From NCBI GenBank assembly GCA_965645245.1, contig OZ287068.1:62001-126000 (forward strand): 64,000 nt of DNA, given 5' to 3'. Positions within the stretch are counted from its first letter, which is position 1; each line of letters opens with the position of its first letter. Below the pieces are notes generated by a model. It worked only from the letters and a program-made list of their open reading frames with translations. It was not told the DNA's origin and ran no database searches. The position numbers and the translations under genes are program-made. Of the stretch, positions 34,878 to 45,360 are shown one piece after another. The stretch comes from Massalongia carnosa. Lineage: Eukaryota.

Positions 34878-37800
34878 TTAACTCGTGGATTGTTCGGTTG
34901 CTATCCTCACGTCTCCAAATTGGCCGAGGAGACGTGAGGATAGCATGAATTTGGATGCTGCCTTGGCCAGTCTGGGGGTGCTAAAAATTTCTTGGAGATC
35001 GAACACCTTCCGGCCTATCCAGATAGTCTCCATGCGCAATCGATGGTGCCTGACGCACTCTAGAAGCACATGGTGAACTGTTTGATAACCGAAGCCGCAT
35101 GGGCATTCGCCCGTTTCGGTGCGGCCTATATCTGAGAGATACTTGCGTAGACCAATCTTACCTGTTCTCATCTGCACCAGGGTGGAACTCATTGACTTGT
35201 GAAGCCCCTGGTAGAGCTGCAAGACCTTGTTAGTGGGCTGGGAGAGGAGCCTTTTCGTCATCTGTCCGCGTTTTTCTGCCTCCCAATCCCCAGCCCATTC
35301 TTTGCTGATCATTGTCCTCATGTTGCGTTTTATCGCCGACTTCACTGTATGTCCGAGGAAGTCGAAGTGGGTGATGGAGGGACTCTGGCCAGGTTCTAAC
35401 CAGCCTGATGCTTCTTTTGCTGCTAGGTCTGCTATCTCATTGCCTTCTACTCCCATATGCCCAGGTATCCAGCAGAGTCTGACTCTGGCCTGCATCTCCC
35501 GGCATGCGTGGAGTTTTCCAATGATCTCGCGTAGTATGAACTGACCTGATTGAGTTCCGGGGTCGGCTACTGATTTGATGGCTGATTGATTATCTGCAAA
35601 AACCGTTATTATCTCCCCTTGCCATCGTGCAATAGCCGCCGCCAGTCCCAGGTCGATGCCCACTAGTTCCGCGAGGTAAACTGTGGCTTCTTTGTTCGTT
35701 CCGAGGCGGGTTCCTACCCGTGTGTTGTCGCTGGGGATGACCGCTGCCGCACCAACTCCGAAGGGGTTATCACTCCCATCCGTGTATATGACTATTTGAT
35801 TCGGCTCTGATGTCATCTTGTCATGCTCTTTGATTGCTTCCTCTTTACTGGAAGCAATGTGCGTTTCGGGGGGAGACCACCATGGTTCCACTATGAATGG
35901 AAGAATGACCTCTAACCGCCAGGGTTGAGGGCATTTCCCCGAAGTCATTAAGCGGGACTCTAGCTTAGCTAGAGGGCTCCAGTATCGATAGTGGGAGTCC
36001 GCTTGGCTTGTCCAGGCGCGGATCTCACGTATTATGGCGTAAAGGGGGCTTGAACGTATGCGCAGTAGTGACTCGTTCACTGCCTGCTCCATGCGTTGCC
36101 GGCCAGGCAGGAGGTGAAGCTCCATATCCAAGGCCGGGCCCGAGGTTGTTCTAAATGCCCCTGAAATGATGAGTGCCGCCCGTCGCTGAATAGATCTGAC
36201 GGCTTTGAGCACGGCGGTTGCTTGCGTGATAGTCCCGTATCCGCCCTCGGGAACATACCATGCAGAGCATCCAAAGGTGAGTTGCGGTAGTATGGTGGCT
36301 TGATAGATCCTTCGAAGGCTCGCAAGACTGGTGCCCCATGTGGAGCCCGCAAGGCTGCCTAGGGCCCCCAGTCTCTTTGAGGTTTTGGCTTCCAGTTTCC
36401 TTAAATGGGCGTGCCATTTGAGCTTGTCGTCAAATGTGGCGCCCATGTAGGTGGCGGTATGCTGTGGCTTGATGGTTTTGCCCGCTAGGGAGATAGCTCT
36501 CTCCGGGGGGTTCAAATCCGTCTCTGAGGGTCCTTTGATGAAGTGCAAGAGCTGGAATTTGGCGGGGGCAAATTTGGAGGCGTGTGTGTCCGCCCATTTC
36601 TGCTCCCTCGTCATGAACGAGGCTTCGAGATTTCTACAGTTCTGTTCTGCTGAAGTTCCAATAATTAGTTTGGATATGTCATCGACATAGCCCAAGTTCA
36701 TCTTTTTGGGCCCTTCCTCTTCCATAAGGTCGGCGTTGTAGAAGAGATAAAGAATAGGAGATATAGGGGATCCCTGAGGGACTCCAAAGTTCGTGGTGAA
36801 TGGTTGCGAGGTGTATTCGGGCATGGCGATGGTCGTTTTCCTTTCCTGAAGGAAGCTTTCGATCCATTTAGCTATGTTGCCGCCTATTCTTCTCTTCCGT
36901 AGGTTGTGCAGTAGTCTTTCGTGGGATACGTTATCGTAAGCACCCGAGATGTCCAGCATGAGCACTGTGGCCACTTCATTGTTAAGCCAGGCTGCGTGGA
37001 TGGCCTCTAGGAGCAGATGGAGGGCGTGTTCGGGTGATCTAGCTCGCCTGCCGCCTATATGGAGTCTGGGGAGTAGGCTCTCGGTCTCCACCGCGTGATT
37101 GATTCTGGTTGCAATGATCTTCTCCATAGTCTTACCTAAAGTGTTGAGCAAGGCTATGGGTCTGTATGAATTCGGCAAACTGTAGTCGGCCTTAGCTGGT
37201 TTTCTGAGAACCACCGTGGTGGATTCTCTGAAAGCATTGGGGTGATGACCCAGTTCCCAGCTGGCGTTATACAGAGCTACAAGTGTGGGCATGATAAGCG
37301 GTAACACATCTCTGAGGATTCTATTAGGCAGTCCGTCGGGGCCTGGGGCCGAGAGTGGTGCTGCCTTTGTGATGGCTTTAGTTATTTCCCGAGCTGAGAT
37401 GGGAGCAAATTGGATTGGCTCTGGATAGTGATAATCGGCGATGTCTTCAAGATTGGTCGCGTCCGGGATAGGAAAAAAGTGTCTGCGAAGCAGTTCAGCC
37501 TTGCCCGAAGCCTCCGTCACTTTGGAGCCATCGCTTTTCATTAGGGTTGGGGTGAAGGCTTGGAATGGGGTCGACCTGTTCTTAGCCCATTTCGCAAGCT
37601 TCCAGAGACCATCTGGAGTGCTGGTGGCCTCCTCTACCCTGTCCCTATGTGTTGTCTTAAGAGCTTTTTGTACGATTTTGTTTTTGCCGTTTCTCGCCTT
37701 TCGGTAGGCTTCCCAGTCTTCCAGAGAGCGCGTTTCCTTATGCTTGCGCCTAAGACGTCTGCATAGGGTGACTGCCTCTTTGCATTCCGGGGTAAAGCCA

Positions 37801-38732
37801 GGTTTTGAATGATCGCACCCTCTAGAAAGTGGGACTGCTGTCTCCACTGCGTGCTGGATAGCTTCAACTAACTCATGGGCCAAGTTGTCGAGTTCTTGAA
37901 CTGTGCTCACGCTCCTAGGTGCCGGGAGCTTGTCTGTCATCGTGTCTAGTAGCTTTTTCCTATCAGTCTTAGACCACATGCGAGAGGACCTTATGGCCCT
38001 CTTAACTGTGGTGATATCGAATGCTGTGCCAATGGGGTAGTGATCTGAGTCACAATCCAACTCTTTTCTCACATCGCACATGAGTACGGCTGAAGCCACT
38101 GCGGGGGTTGCGAACGTTAAGTCTATCGTGCTCTGTGCTGATCTATGATCGTATGTTATGGTGCTAGGGGGGAGCAGAAGTTCTAGCTCGCTTTGATCGA
38201 GAATTTCCAGTAGTTGGTCTGCCTCCGGATGTTGATGATGGTAGTCTTCGCCAGTCCATAGGGGATGGTGAAGATTGAAGTCCCCTACCACTATGTGTTC
38301 TCCCTCCACCTCTAGCGCCTTGCTTAGGTCTGGCAAGGTGCTGTACTTTCCCTGAGAGGGGGAGGGATTGTAGATGTTATGGATATTGATGACTCGCTGG
38401 GTTTCGCCAGGAAGTTCCAAGTGCAAAGTCATCAGATCGGGAGAGTGGAAGGTTACCTTCCAAGAGGCGCTTGCTATGTCTTTGTTGACGAACATGCATA
38501 CTCTCGGAGGGAGCTCTTGTTCTCCTGTTTCGGGGGGATAGAGAAGGTGGAAAACATTTTTGACCGGATTGTGCGTGGTGTGTTGATAGGGGTTCCCCGC
38601 CCAGGGTTCCTGGATGGCCAGGATGCCGTATTTCATGGTTTCCTCCCTGCGAAGGAAGTCCGCCATGACAGTGTTCTTGGATTTGTTGCAGTTGTACTGA
38701 AGTATGGACAGATAGTGGGTGTATTCACTCAT
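34878..38732 (-). CDS. LINE ORF2: APE endonuclease, RT, RNase H, CCHC
   Basis: ILQYN, LAIQEPW, GDFNLHH, SDH. YRPIALLNT, GVPQGSPISP, YVDD. YTDGS...WIPGHMGVEGNEIAD. CPCG...HVLLEC. Confidence 0.97.
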   Translation of the reverse strand: MSEYTHYLSILQYNCNKSKNTVMADFLRREETMKYGILAIQEPWAGNPYQHTTHNPVKNVFHLLYPPETGEQELPPRVCMFVNKDIASASWKVTFHSPDLMTLHLELPGETQRVINIHNIYNPSPSQGKYSTLPDLSKALEVEGEHIVVGDFNLHHPLWTGEDYHHQHPEADQLLEILDQSELELLLPPSTITYDHRSAQSTIDLTFATPAVASAVLMCDVRKELDCDSDHYPIGTAFDITTVKRAIRSSRMWSKTDRKKLLDTMTDKLPAPRSVSTVQELDNLAHELVEAIQHAVETAVPLSRGCDHSKPGFTPECKEAVTLCRRLRRKHKETRSLEDWEAYRKARNGKNKIVQKALKTTHRDRVEEATSTPDGLWKLAKWAKNRSTPFQAFTPTLMKSDGSKVTEASGKAELLRRHFFPIPDATNLEDIADYHYPEPIQFAPISAREITKAITKAAPLSAPGPDGLPNRILRDVLPLIMPTLVALYNASWELGHHPNAFRESTTVVLRKPAKADYSLPNSYRPIALLNTLGKTMEKIIATRINHAVETESLLPRLHIGGRRARSPEHALHLLLEAIHAAWLNNEVATVLMLDISGAYDNVSHERLLHNLRKRRIGGNIAKWIESFLQERKTTIAMPEYTSQPFTTNFGVPQGSPISPILYLFYNADLMEEEGPKKMNLGYVDDISKLIIGTSAEQNCRNLEASFMTREQKWADTHASKFAPAKFQLLHFIKGPSETDLNPPERAISLAGKTIKPQHTATYMGATFDDKLKWHAHLRKLEAKTSKRLGALGSLAGSTWGTSLASLRRIYQATILPQLTFGCSAWYVPEGGYGTITQATAVLKAVRSIQRRAALIISGAFRTTSGPALDMELHLLPGRQRMEQAVNESLLRIRSSPLYAIIREIRAWTSQADSHYRYWSPLAKLESRLMTSGKCPQPWRLEVILPFIVEPWWSPPETHIASSKEEAIKEHDKMTSEPNQIVIYTDGSDNPFGVGAAAVIPSDNTRVGTRLGTNKEATVYLAELVGIDLGLAAAIARWQGEIITVFADNQSAIKSVADPGTQSGQFILREIIGKLHACREMQARVRLCWIPGHMGVEGNEIADLAAKEASGWLEPGQSPSITHFDFLGHTVKSAIKRNMRTMISKEWAGDWEAEKRGQMTKRLLSQPTNKVLQLYQGLHKSMSSTLVQMRTGKIGLRKYLSDIGRTETGECPCGFGYQTVHHVLLECVRHHRLRMETIWIGRKVFDLQEIFSTPRLAKAASKFMLSSRLLGQFGDVRIATEQSTS

Positions 38733-39168
38733 AGTTCCTCTTCTCTAGTTCGGCTATGCTGAGAGCTAGTGCGTCGTTAATCGAGACAGCTCCCGCTTTG
38801 ATTTCGGCACCGCATGGATCTCTCGGACGGCATAGATGTCTCAGCACCATAAGGATGTCTCAGCACGGCATAGAGATCTTAGCACCGCATCGATCCTTCG
38901 GACGACAGTTAGGTTTCGGATTTGTGTATGCCTTGCTATGGGCCGCGTTGATGGGGCATACTGGGATGGTAGAGTAGGACAAGGAGAATAGGAAGAAGAT
39001 ATATAAAGAGGAGGTCCCAGACGGTATCCCTCATCATCTCACATCTCAAGACAATCAAAAAGCATAGCATTTTGATAGCACTGTTTGCAACGTTTTCTTT
39101 TCACCCAATTCAAATTTATACAACCACTACACTTAAATTTACTCTATTCAAATCCCTCTCCTCCAAAA

Positions 39169-40323
39169 ATGGCCACCCGCATCTCCAACAGAATCACCAA
39201 GCCTACCTCCCGCACACAAGGCAGCACTCTAGCCCGTACTAGAACTAGAGCTAGGGCAAATCTAGCCAACTCCAACCCAGACGTCGAAGTACCCGACTCA
39301 CAAGACAGCACGGCAACCCTTCAAAGCCATCCTCAACCTTCTCCTCTTCCATCTTCAGCGTTTAATTCCTCCTCACAAGGGCCTGTTATACCGGAAACCC
39401 GTTCTCGCACCCCTGATGACATTATTGAACTTAGAGCACAACGCGAAATGTCCCGCAGGGAAGCCGAGGAAAGAGAAAGAGTAAGTCTTAGGCGGGATAT
39501 CGAAACCCAACAAGCACGTGCCCGAGACGTGGTCCCTGGGCCAGTAGCCTCAGCTCAACAGCCTTCCCTATTATTTCCGACATCATTTCCACCGCATCGA
39601 CCAAACTCATTGTATACAGAAGGTATGGATCCTCGTTTTGTTTCTCTTATGAACGAATATCCCACTATCAAGCCCATATGGATAAAGCAAATCTCCGAGA
39701 ATACGTTTGACCCAATCAACATTACCAAGCTATGTACCGACATCGACGGAGTTCAAACCAACTCTAGATACGTCAAACTCGGAGAAGGTCTGGAAATCGC
39801 CACGAGAGAAGAAGATGGCTCCTTAAAAGATATCAAAGGGATAGTTCATTTGATACGATGTCTCGGGGTATATTGGATGATACTACTACACTTTGCACAC
39901 CCCGGTCTCCAGATAAACCTGATGAGAGCCTTCATGGCTTATCAGGACCATCTTCTATCATTATACGCCTTCTACACCTGGGACTCGGTTCGCATCTTTC
40001 ATTTGAATTTCCACAAATCTCGAGCCTTTCGCGGGATTGACAACCCGGATGGATGGAAAGAAATGGACCATTCCTTGGAAAGGCATCTTGTGCGGAAACC
40101 GTCCGCTTACTTTGCAAAACCGGACGATAATTCTACGGCTTTCAAAACCTCAGGCGAAAAGATTATCTGTAAGAAATACAACTATGGCAAAGACTGTCCC
40201 GTATATTGTAGATTCCAACATGTGTGTGAGAAATGTGGAAAGCAACATCGGGCGATGGACTGTACAAATGGAAAAAATCAACCCTCTAACCCAAATTCGA
40301 TGCCTCTCCCATCAAGGCAATGA
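39169..40323 (+). CDS. Ngaro-1 gag-like ORF1
   Basis: First ATG at 39169. C-terminal Cys/His cluster CKKYNYGKDCPVYCRFQHVCEKCGKQHRAMDC. Confidence 0.85.
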   Translation: MATRISNRITKPTSRTQGSTLARTRTRARANLANSNPDVEVPDSQDSTATLQSHPQPSPLPSSAFNSSSQGPVIPETRSRTPDDIIELRAQREMSRREAEERERVSLRRDIETQQARARDVVPGPVASAQQPSLLFPTSFPPHRPNSLYTEGMDPRFVSLMNEYPTIKPIWIKQISENTFDPINITKLCTDIDGVQTNSRYVKLGEGLEIATREEDGSLKDIKGIVHLIRCLGVYWMILLHFAHPGLQINLMRAFMAYQDHLLSLYAFYTWDSVRIFHLNFHKSRAFRGIDNPDGWKEMDHSLERHLVRKPSAYFAKPDDNSTAFKTSGEKIICKKYNYGKDCPVYCRFQHVCEKCGKQHRAMDCTNGKNQPSNPNSMPLPSRQ

Positions 40324-41944
40324 CTAACCGCCCCATTCTTATCCATCGCGGAGTCCTTTCCATACACCTTGACGGACAATCTAACAAAGATCCCACCGGG
40401 CCCATTGAAGAAAGAAGGCTGGGAGAAACATTTGGCCAATCACCCGGATCGCACTTACACACAAACAATTATCGATATCATCACCTACGGTGCCAAAGTT
40501 GGTTATACAGGACCACATCAACTCATTATTAGCGATAATCTTGCCTCTGCAAATGAGGCACCGGAAGTTCTTACCAATGACCTCGAAGAACAAATAGCTA
40601 GTAATCGGTTGGAGAAAGTCAACAACATTCCTTCTTGCTTTATATGTTCCCCATTAGGCCTTGTACCAAAGGCTAACGGTGGTTGGCGGCGAATCCATCA
40701 TCTATCGTATCCGGAGAGTAGCTCAGTCAACGACCACATACCGGAAGACTGGGGCTCCCTGGAATATACCAGCTTCGACGAAGCCATTAGGTTGATTGAG
40801 CAACGCGGGCCAGGGTGTATTCTTATTAAAAGAGACTTTGCGGACGCTTTTCGCCACATACCAGTAGCAAAAAACGATTGGTGGTTACTAGGTTTCAAGT
40901 GGCAGGATTCCTTTTGGATGGATAAATACTTACCCTTTGGGCTGAGAACGTCGCCGTTCCTTTTTGATCTGTTCGCGAAGGGTATCAACTGGATATTGTA
41001 CAACTGTGGTTGGAAAGACGCTATTCATTACTTGGATGATTTTTTGATAATAGTCAGCACCGGACCAGATGCTGAAAAGTTTGATCAAGTTTTCCACAAC
41101 ATTTGTAAAGATCTTGGCATGAAAATCAAGCTCGAAAAGAACAGAACTGGAACGACTTGCGATTTCCTCGGCATTGAAATCGATACCGCGCTCATGGAAG
41201 CACGCTTGCCTTCCGAAAAGTTACTAAAAGCAAAGACCCTAGTATCGGCAGCTTTGAATAAAAAAGCCATACCTACCCAGGAAGGAACTCGACTCTCTTC
41301 TAGGATTCTTATGCTTTGCAGCCAGAGTGGTAAAACCAGGAAGAGCATTTCTACGCCGTCTTTTCAATGCTACGGCAAGCGTAACCTCTAAACTAATCCA
41401 TCTTAACAAGGACATGAGGGCTGATCTTCTATGGTGGCATCATTTCCTACCTAAATGGAATGGCATACATCTGCTCAACCGTACTAGACATACTATGAGA
41501 ATATGGACAGATGCGTCCGGCTCATATGGTATGGGCGGCTTTATCCTCAGCGAGGATCAAAATTTGCATAATATACAAGCAGCCCGGCAGGCTTTTAGCA
41601 CACGCTTTACTACGCGCCTTAGGGCAAAGCATATCAACGTCAAAGAAATGACAGCAATTCTTCAAGCTATGAAAAAGTGGCTACCTATATGCAAGGGTAG
41701 TCATTTAATCCTCTATTGTGATAGCTACGCTGTCACGAAAGGAGTGAATAAAACCTCTATACGAGGCCAAGCAATGCATGCCCTGCGGGCAATTACAATG
41801 CTAGCTGCATTACATGATATCCAGATAGAAGCGCGATGGATATCATCCAAAGAAAATTATATTGCTGATCTCTTGTCTAGAGGACTTTTGAAGAAACTGG
41901 CTGACAAAATCCCTCAGTTTCAGGCTCTACCCTCAGCAATATAG
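40324..41944 (+). CDS. Ngaro-1 RT-RNase H (in frame with gag; frameshift at ~41272)
   Basis: SPLGLVPK, WRRIHHLSYP, DFADAFRHIP, LPFGLRTSP, HYLDDF. WTDASG, INVKE, CD, NYIADLLSR. A TACC duplication at ~41268-41277 shifts the frame. Confidence 0.9.
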
Positions 41945-42960
41945 GACGCGATCCACCCCCATCTTGGTACAGTGAGGTACCTCTAGACGAAATCGCAGCA
42001 CGATACCTCTGGTGGGGCCTGGCCACTAAGACAAGATCTTTATACACAACGGCAAGAAAGGGATACGTTCTTTACTGTAGGGTAAACCTCAACGCGCCAC
42101 CATTTCCAGCCAACATCCGGACGCTGTCTTCGTGGATCGCAGCGTTGGGTGAACGACGCCTGCAACCAAAAACTATTAAGAGCTACTTGACGGGCATAAG
42201 ATCATGCCAGATAGATATGGGCCTCGGTAATCTCGACGTATTTCATCACCCGGTGTTAGATCGCATCCTTACTGGCATAAAGCGAAAGAACGGTGAAGCC
42301 GAGAAACGTGAAAGGTTACCAATTACTAGAGAGATCTTAATCAAATTGCTAAGTCGTCTTGATCAAACGAAAGAGAAAGGCGCAAATTTACATGCGGCGT
42401 ACTGCTTAGCGTTTGCAGGCTTCTTACGAGCCGGAGAATTTACTTACACAACGCAAGATGTACTAGACCCAAGCTTTGATCAATGGCACCTCACCAGAAA
42501 ATCTATTAGGTTCGAAGCAGATCACCTACAGCTCTCTCTACCAGTCTCCAAAACCGATCCCTTTCGCCGAGGCATAACACTGACAATTGCGGCTACCAAC
42601 GATGTTGCTTGTGCACTAGCTTCTCTTACAAATTTATATAGGCGATTCCCAAGTTCTCCGGCCGCACCACTCTTTAAAAACGGTCAGTCCTTCACTCGAG
42701 ACTACATTACAACAGCGATGAAATCCACCTTAAGGAACTTGGGCTATATAGGAAATTTCTCTGGCCACTCGTTCAGAAGAGGTGCGGCAACAACAGCGCG
42801 ACGGGCAGGACTCACCGAAGACGAGATTCAGATGCTAGGAAGATGGAAGTCAGACGCATACAAGCTTTACATACAAACCCACCCCACTTACCTTCTTAAC
42901 GCCTCAAAACGCCTTCAAACATTACCCACGGAACCTCACAATCCAGTCACTAGGTCCTGA
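41924..42960 (+). CDS. Ngaro-1 tyrosine recombinase (frame open from ~41905, no early ATG)
   Basis: AFAGFLRAGE (Arg), SKTDPF (Lys), GHSFRRGAAT (HxxR), LGRWKSDAYKLYI (Trp, Tyr). Confidence 0.93.
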
Positions 42961-43683
42961 ACAACACCGCAAGCGGGTCGTTCCATGTTGGGGATTGGGA
43001 GTCTGTTCACAGCCCAAGGCCTGCGAGAGGGTCTTACATTAGTAGACAGCAAGGCCCTTATCGAGTCCCCCTCTCGAGGCCGGGGGCTGTGAGCAATAGC
43101 CCAAACATACTTAGTAGCAATATAACGAGATTGACACGAACTAGCTAGTTCGGCTATGCTGAGAGCTAGTGCGTCGTTAATCGAGACAGCTCCCGCTTTG
43201 ATTTCGGCACCGCATGGATCTCTCGGACGGCATAGATGTCTCAGCACCATAAGGATGTCTCAGCACGGCATAGAGATCTTAGCACCGCATCGATCCTTCG
43301 GACGACAGTTAGGTTTCGGATTTGTGTATGCCTTGCTATGGGCCGCGTTGATGGGGCATACTGGGATGGTAGAGTAGGACAAGGAGAATAGGAAGAAGAT
43401 ATATAAAGAGGAGGTCCCAGACGGTATCCCTCATCATCTCACATCTCAAGACAATCAAAAAGCATAGCATTTTGATAGCACTGTTTGCAACGTTTTCTTT
43501 CCCACCCACCCACTCCAGTTCTTCTGTCGCTTAGATAGAGGGAGTCTGTTCACAGCCCAAGGCCTGCGAGAGGGTCTTACATTAGTAGACAGCAAGGCCC
43601 TTATCGAGTCCCCCTCTCGAGGCCGGGGGCTGTGAGCAATAGCCCAAACATACTTAGTAGCAATATAACGAGATTGACACGAA

Positions 43684-45360
43684 CTAGGTCTGAGTACTGG
43701 GCTGCAAGCGACGGGTTGCCGATCTGGTGGTCATTGAAGAACTATCGTCGTTCTCCTTATCGCTCAAGACTTCCACAGCCTTCGAGGAGGGTTTCTTCTT
43801 TCCCTTCTTAGAAGCTGCTTGTGCCATGCTCCTGTTGGTAGAACTGGGGTTGTCTGCCAGGGGATCTACCTCCCCATGCGCCCGCTTCTTCCCCTTGCGG
43901 AGAGTTGGCACGGTTTGCCAATCTTTCTCTCGTACAGAGCCCGTTCGAGGGCCCTGTTCCACCTGGGTTGAGGCTGGGGTCCCCTCACTGCTTGTCGTGA
44001 CCGTCGGCGTGGTCGATGCCGGCGGACTGCTCCGTTCTTGTTCCTGACCATTTAGGGTCTCCCTTGAGGAGGCCCTGAGAGGCCAGAAGGGGAGAGCTTC
44101 TTCTTTGGCCCGCTTCATTCGGGCCTTTTCCTTCTTTCGCTCCGGGCAAGACTCTGCGCTTGCCCCGTGGCCCTCCTTGCCACACGCATTGCATTTGAGA
44201 GTGACCGATTTGCAATCGGTCATGTGGTGACTTTCGGAACATTTGAAGCATGTTTGATGCTTCTGTCGGCAAGCATGGCTCGTGTGACCATACTTACCGC
44301 ACCGGAAACATTGCCTAAGCCTGGCCTCCGGAACATGTCTTTCCACCACGAAAGATCTCCCATCCAAATATAGCTGCGAGGCCAAAATGGCATTGCAGTC
44401 TAATTCGTTCTCAAAGTATACCACCATGAATCTAGCTGTGGCTCCTGCCTTACTCGTGCGGGACAACCATTCTACTCCTGTTACCCTATTCCTAACGGGC
44501 ATATGTGACTTATTTTCCTCCCAGAGGCGTTCCTTGATATCTGTCATGCTTAGATTAGCCGGTACAAAGTGCGCGATTAAGCCGAAGCTTGGCTGTATTA
44601 TATTAGCTTTGCTCGATAGCCTGATGGCCCATCGGGTATCTTTTCTTAGGCGTTCCGTGTCTGAAGCGTTGTTGACTATTACCTGTAGGTCTCCGCTAGG
44701 GAGGACCCTTGCTGCTATTGCTACGGCTGCTGCCTTGGCTGTGCCATTGGAAATAGGGGGGGCGGGAGCGTTTTGATTGGTCGGAATTCTCGTGTTGTTA
44801 TGATCCTTTAACGCGTTAGATATTGCCGCGTTGATTCTGTCTTTGAGCGCTGAGGAGGCCAGTTTGGCCAGATCTTTTGCTATGGCTTCGTTGTTCAGTT
44901 TGACGACGATTTCACGAGCTTTCTCTTCTAGTATAGGAGCGGGGATGGACGTCCCCGAAAGCGTAGAGATCGTTGGGGCCGAGGCAGCAAAGGCTGCCCG
45001 TTCTGCCCAGGTTATCGTCCTCTTGTAGCCAGTAGTGGCCGCGGAGGAGGTAGTGGGTGTTGTGCGGGCGGTGTCTTGCTTGCGCTCGACATAGGTGACT
45101 TTAGTGAGCGTTTGCTCTGTAGTGTTCTTTATTTGGTTGATGGTAGCTTGGAGCTGATCCATTGTGGGCTGGTTGCGCATCTTCTCCAGTAGGCTGAGCA
45201 TACTGGAGAGTAACGGGGTGTAAGACTGAACCTTCATAGGTCTTTGCTTCTGATATGCCTCGCAGTTAGTTAAGTTATTAAGCACATTGGTGAGGAAGTG
45301 ACGATGCTCGTCTAGTGAATCGGGGGGGGCGTCGTTGGGCACGACAAAAGAGCTCCCCAT
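43684..45360 (-). CDS. LINE ORF1 (gag-like, three zinc knuckles)
   Basis: QCFRCGKYGHTSHAC, CFKCSESHHMTDC, CNACGKEGHGASAESC. The current stop is supplied by the Ngaro-1 CTAG end. Confidence 0.93.
   Translation of the reverse strand: MGSSFVVPNDAPPDSLDEHRHFLTNVLNNLTNCEAYQKQRPMKVQSYTPLLSSMLSLLEKMRNQPTMDQLQATINQIKNTTEQTLTKVTYVERKQDTARTTPTTSSAATTGYKRTITWAERAAFAASAPTISTLSGTSIPAPILEEKAREIVVKLNNEAIAKDLAKLASSALKDRINAAISNALKDHNNTRIPTNQNAPAPPISNGTAKAAAVAIAARVLPSGDLQVIVNNASDTERLRKDTRWAIRLSSKANIIQPSFGLIAHFVPANLSMTDIKERLWEENKSHMPVRNRVTGVEWLSRTSKAGATARFMVVYFENELDCNAILASQLYLDGRSFVVERHVPEARLRQCFRCGKYGHTSHACRQKHQTCFKCSESHHMTDCKSVTLKCNACGKEGHGASAESCPERKKEKARMKRAKEEALPFWPLRASSRETLNGQEQERSSPPASTTPTVTTSSEGTPASTQVEQGPRTGSVREKDWQTVPTLRKGKKRAHGEVDPLADNPSSTNRSMAQAASKKGKKKPSSKAVEVLSDKENDDSSSMTTRSATRRLQPSTQT

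Larger units (their letters stand above)
38745..43687 (+). mobile_element. Ngaro-type tyrosine-recombinase retrotransposon (Ngaro-1), complete A1-ORFs-B1-A2-B2 structure
   Basis: A1 38745-39100 = A2 43145-43500 (356 bp). B1 42997-43144 = B2 43540-43687 (148 bp). 39-bp spacer at 43501-43539. Ends CTAGTTCG...CGAACTAG. Contains gag, RT-RH and YR; no integrase or protease. Confidence 0.93.

Noticed and set aside
38756..38977. Duplicated 73-aa ORF (also 43156-43377) and duplicated LTR ORFs at 23850/29932
   Set aside because: The duplication simply reflects terminal repeats; there is no coding evidence.
42145..42960. YR genes as phage integrase, Crypton or Starship captain
   Set aside because: They are embedded with gag and RT-RH inside split direct repeats, which fits Ngaro. 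They are short and do not lead a large cargo region.
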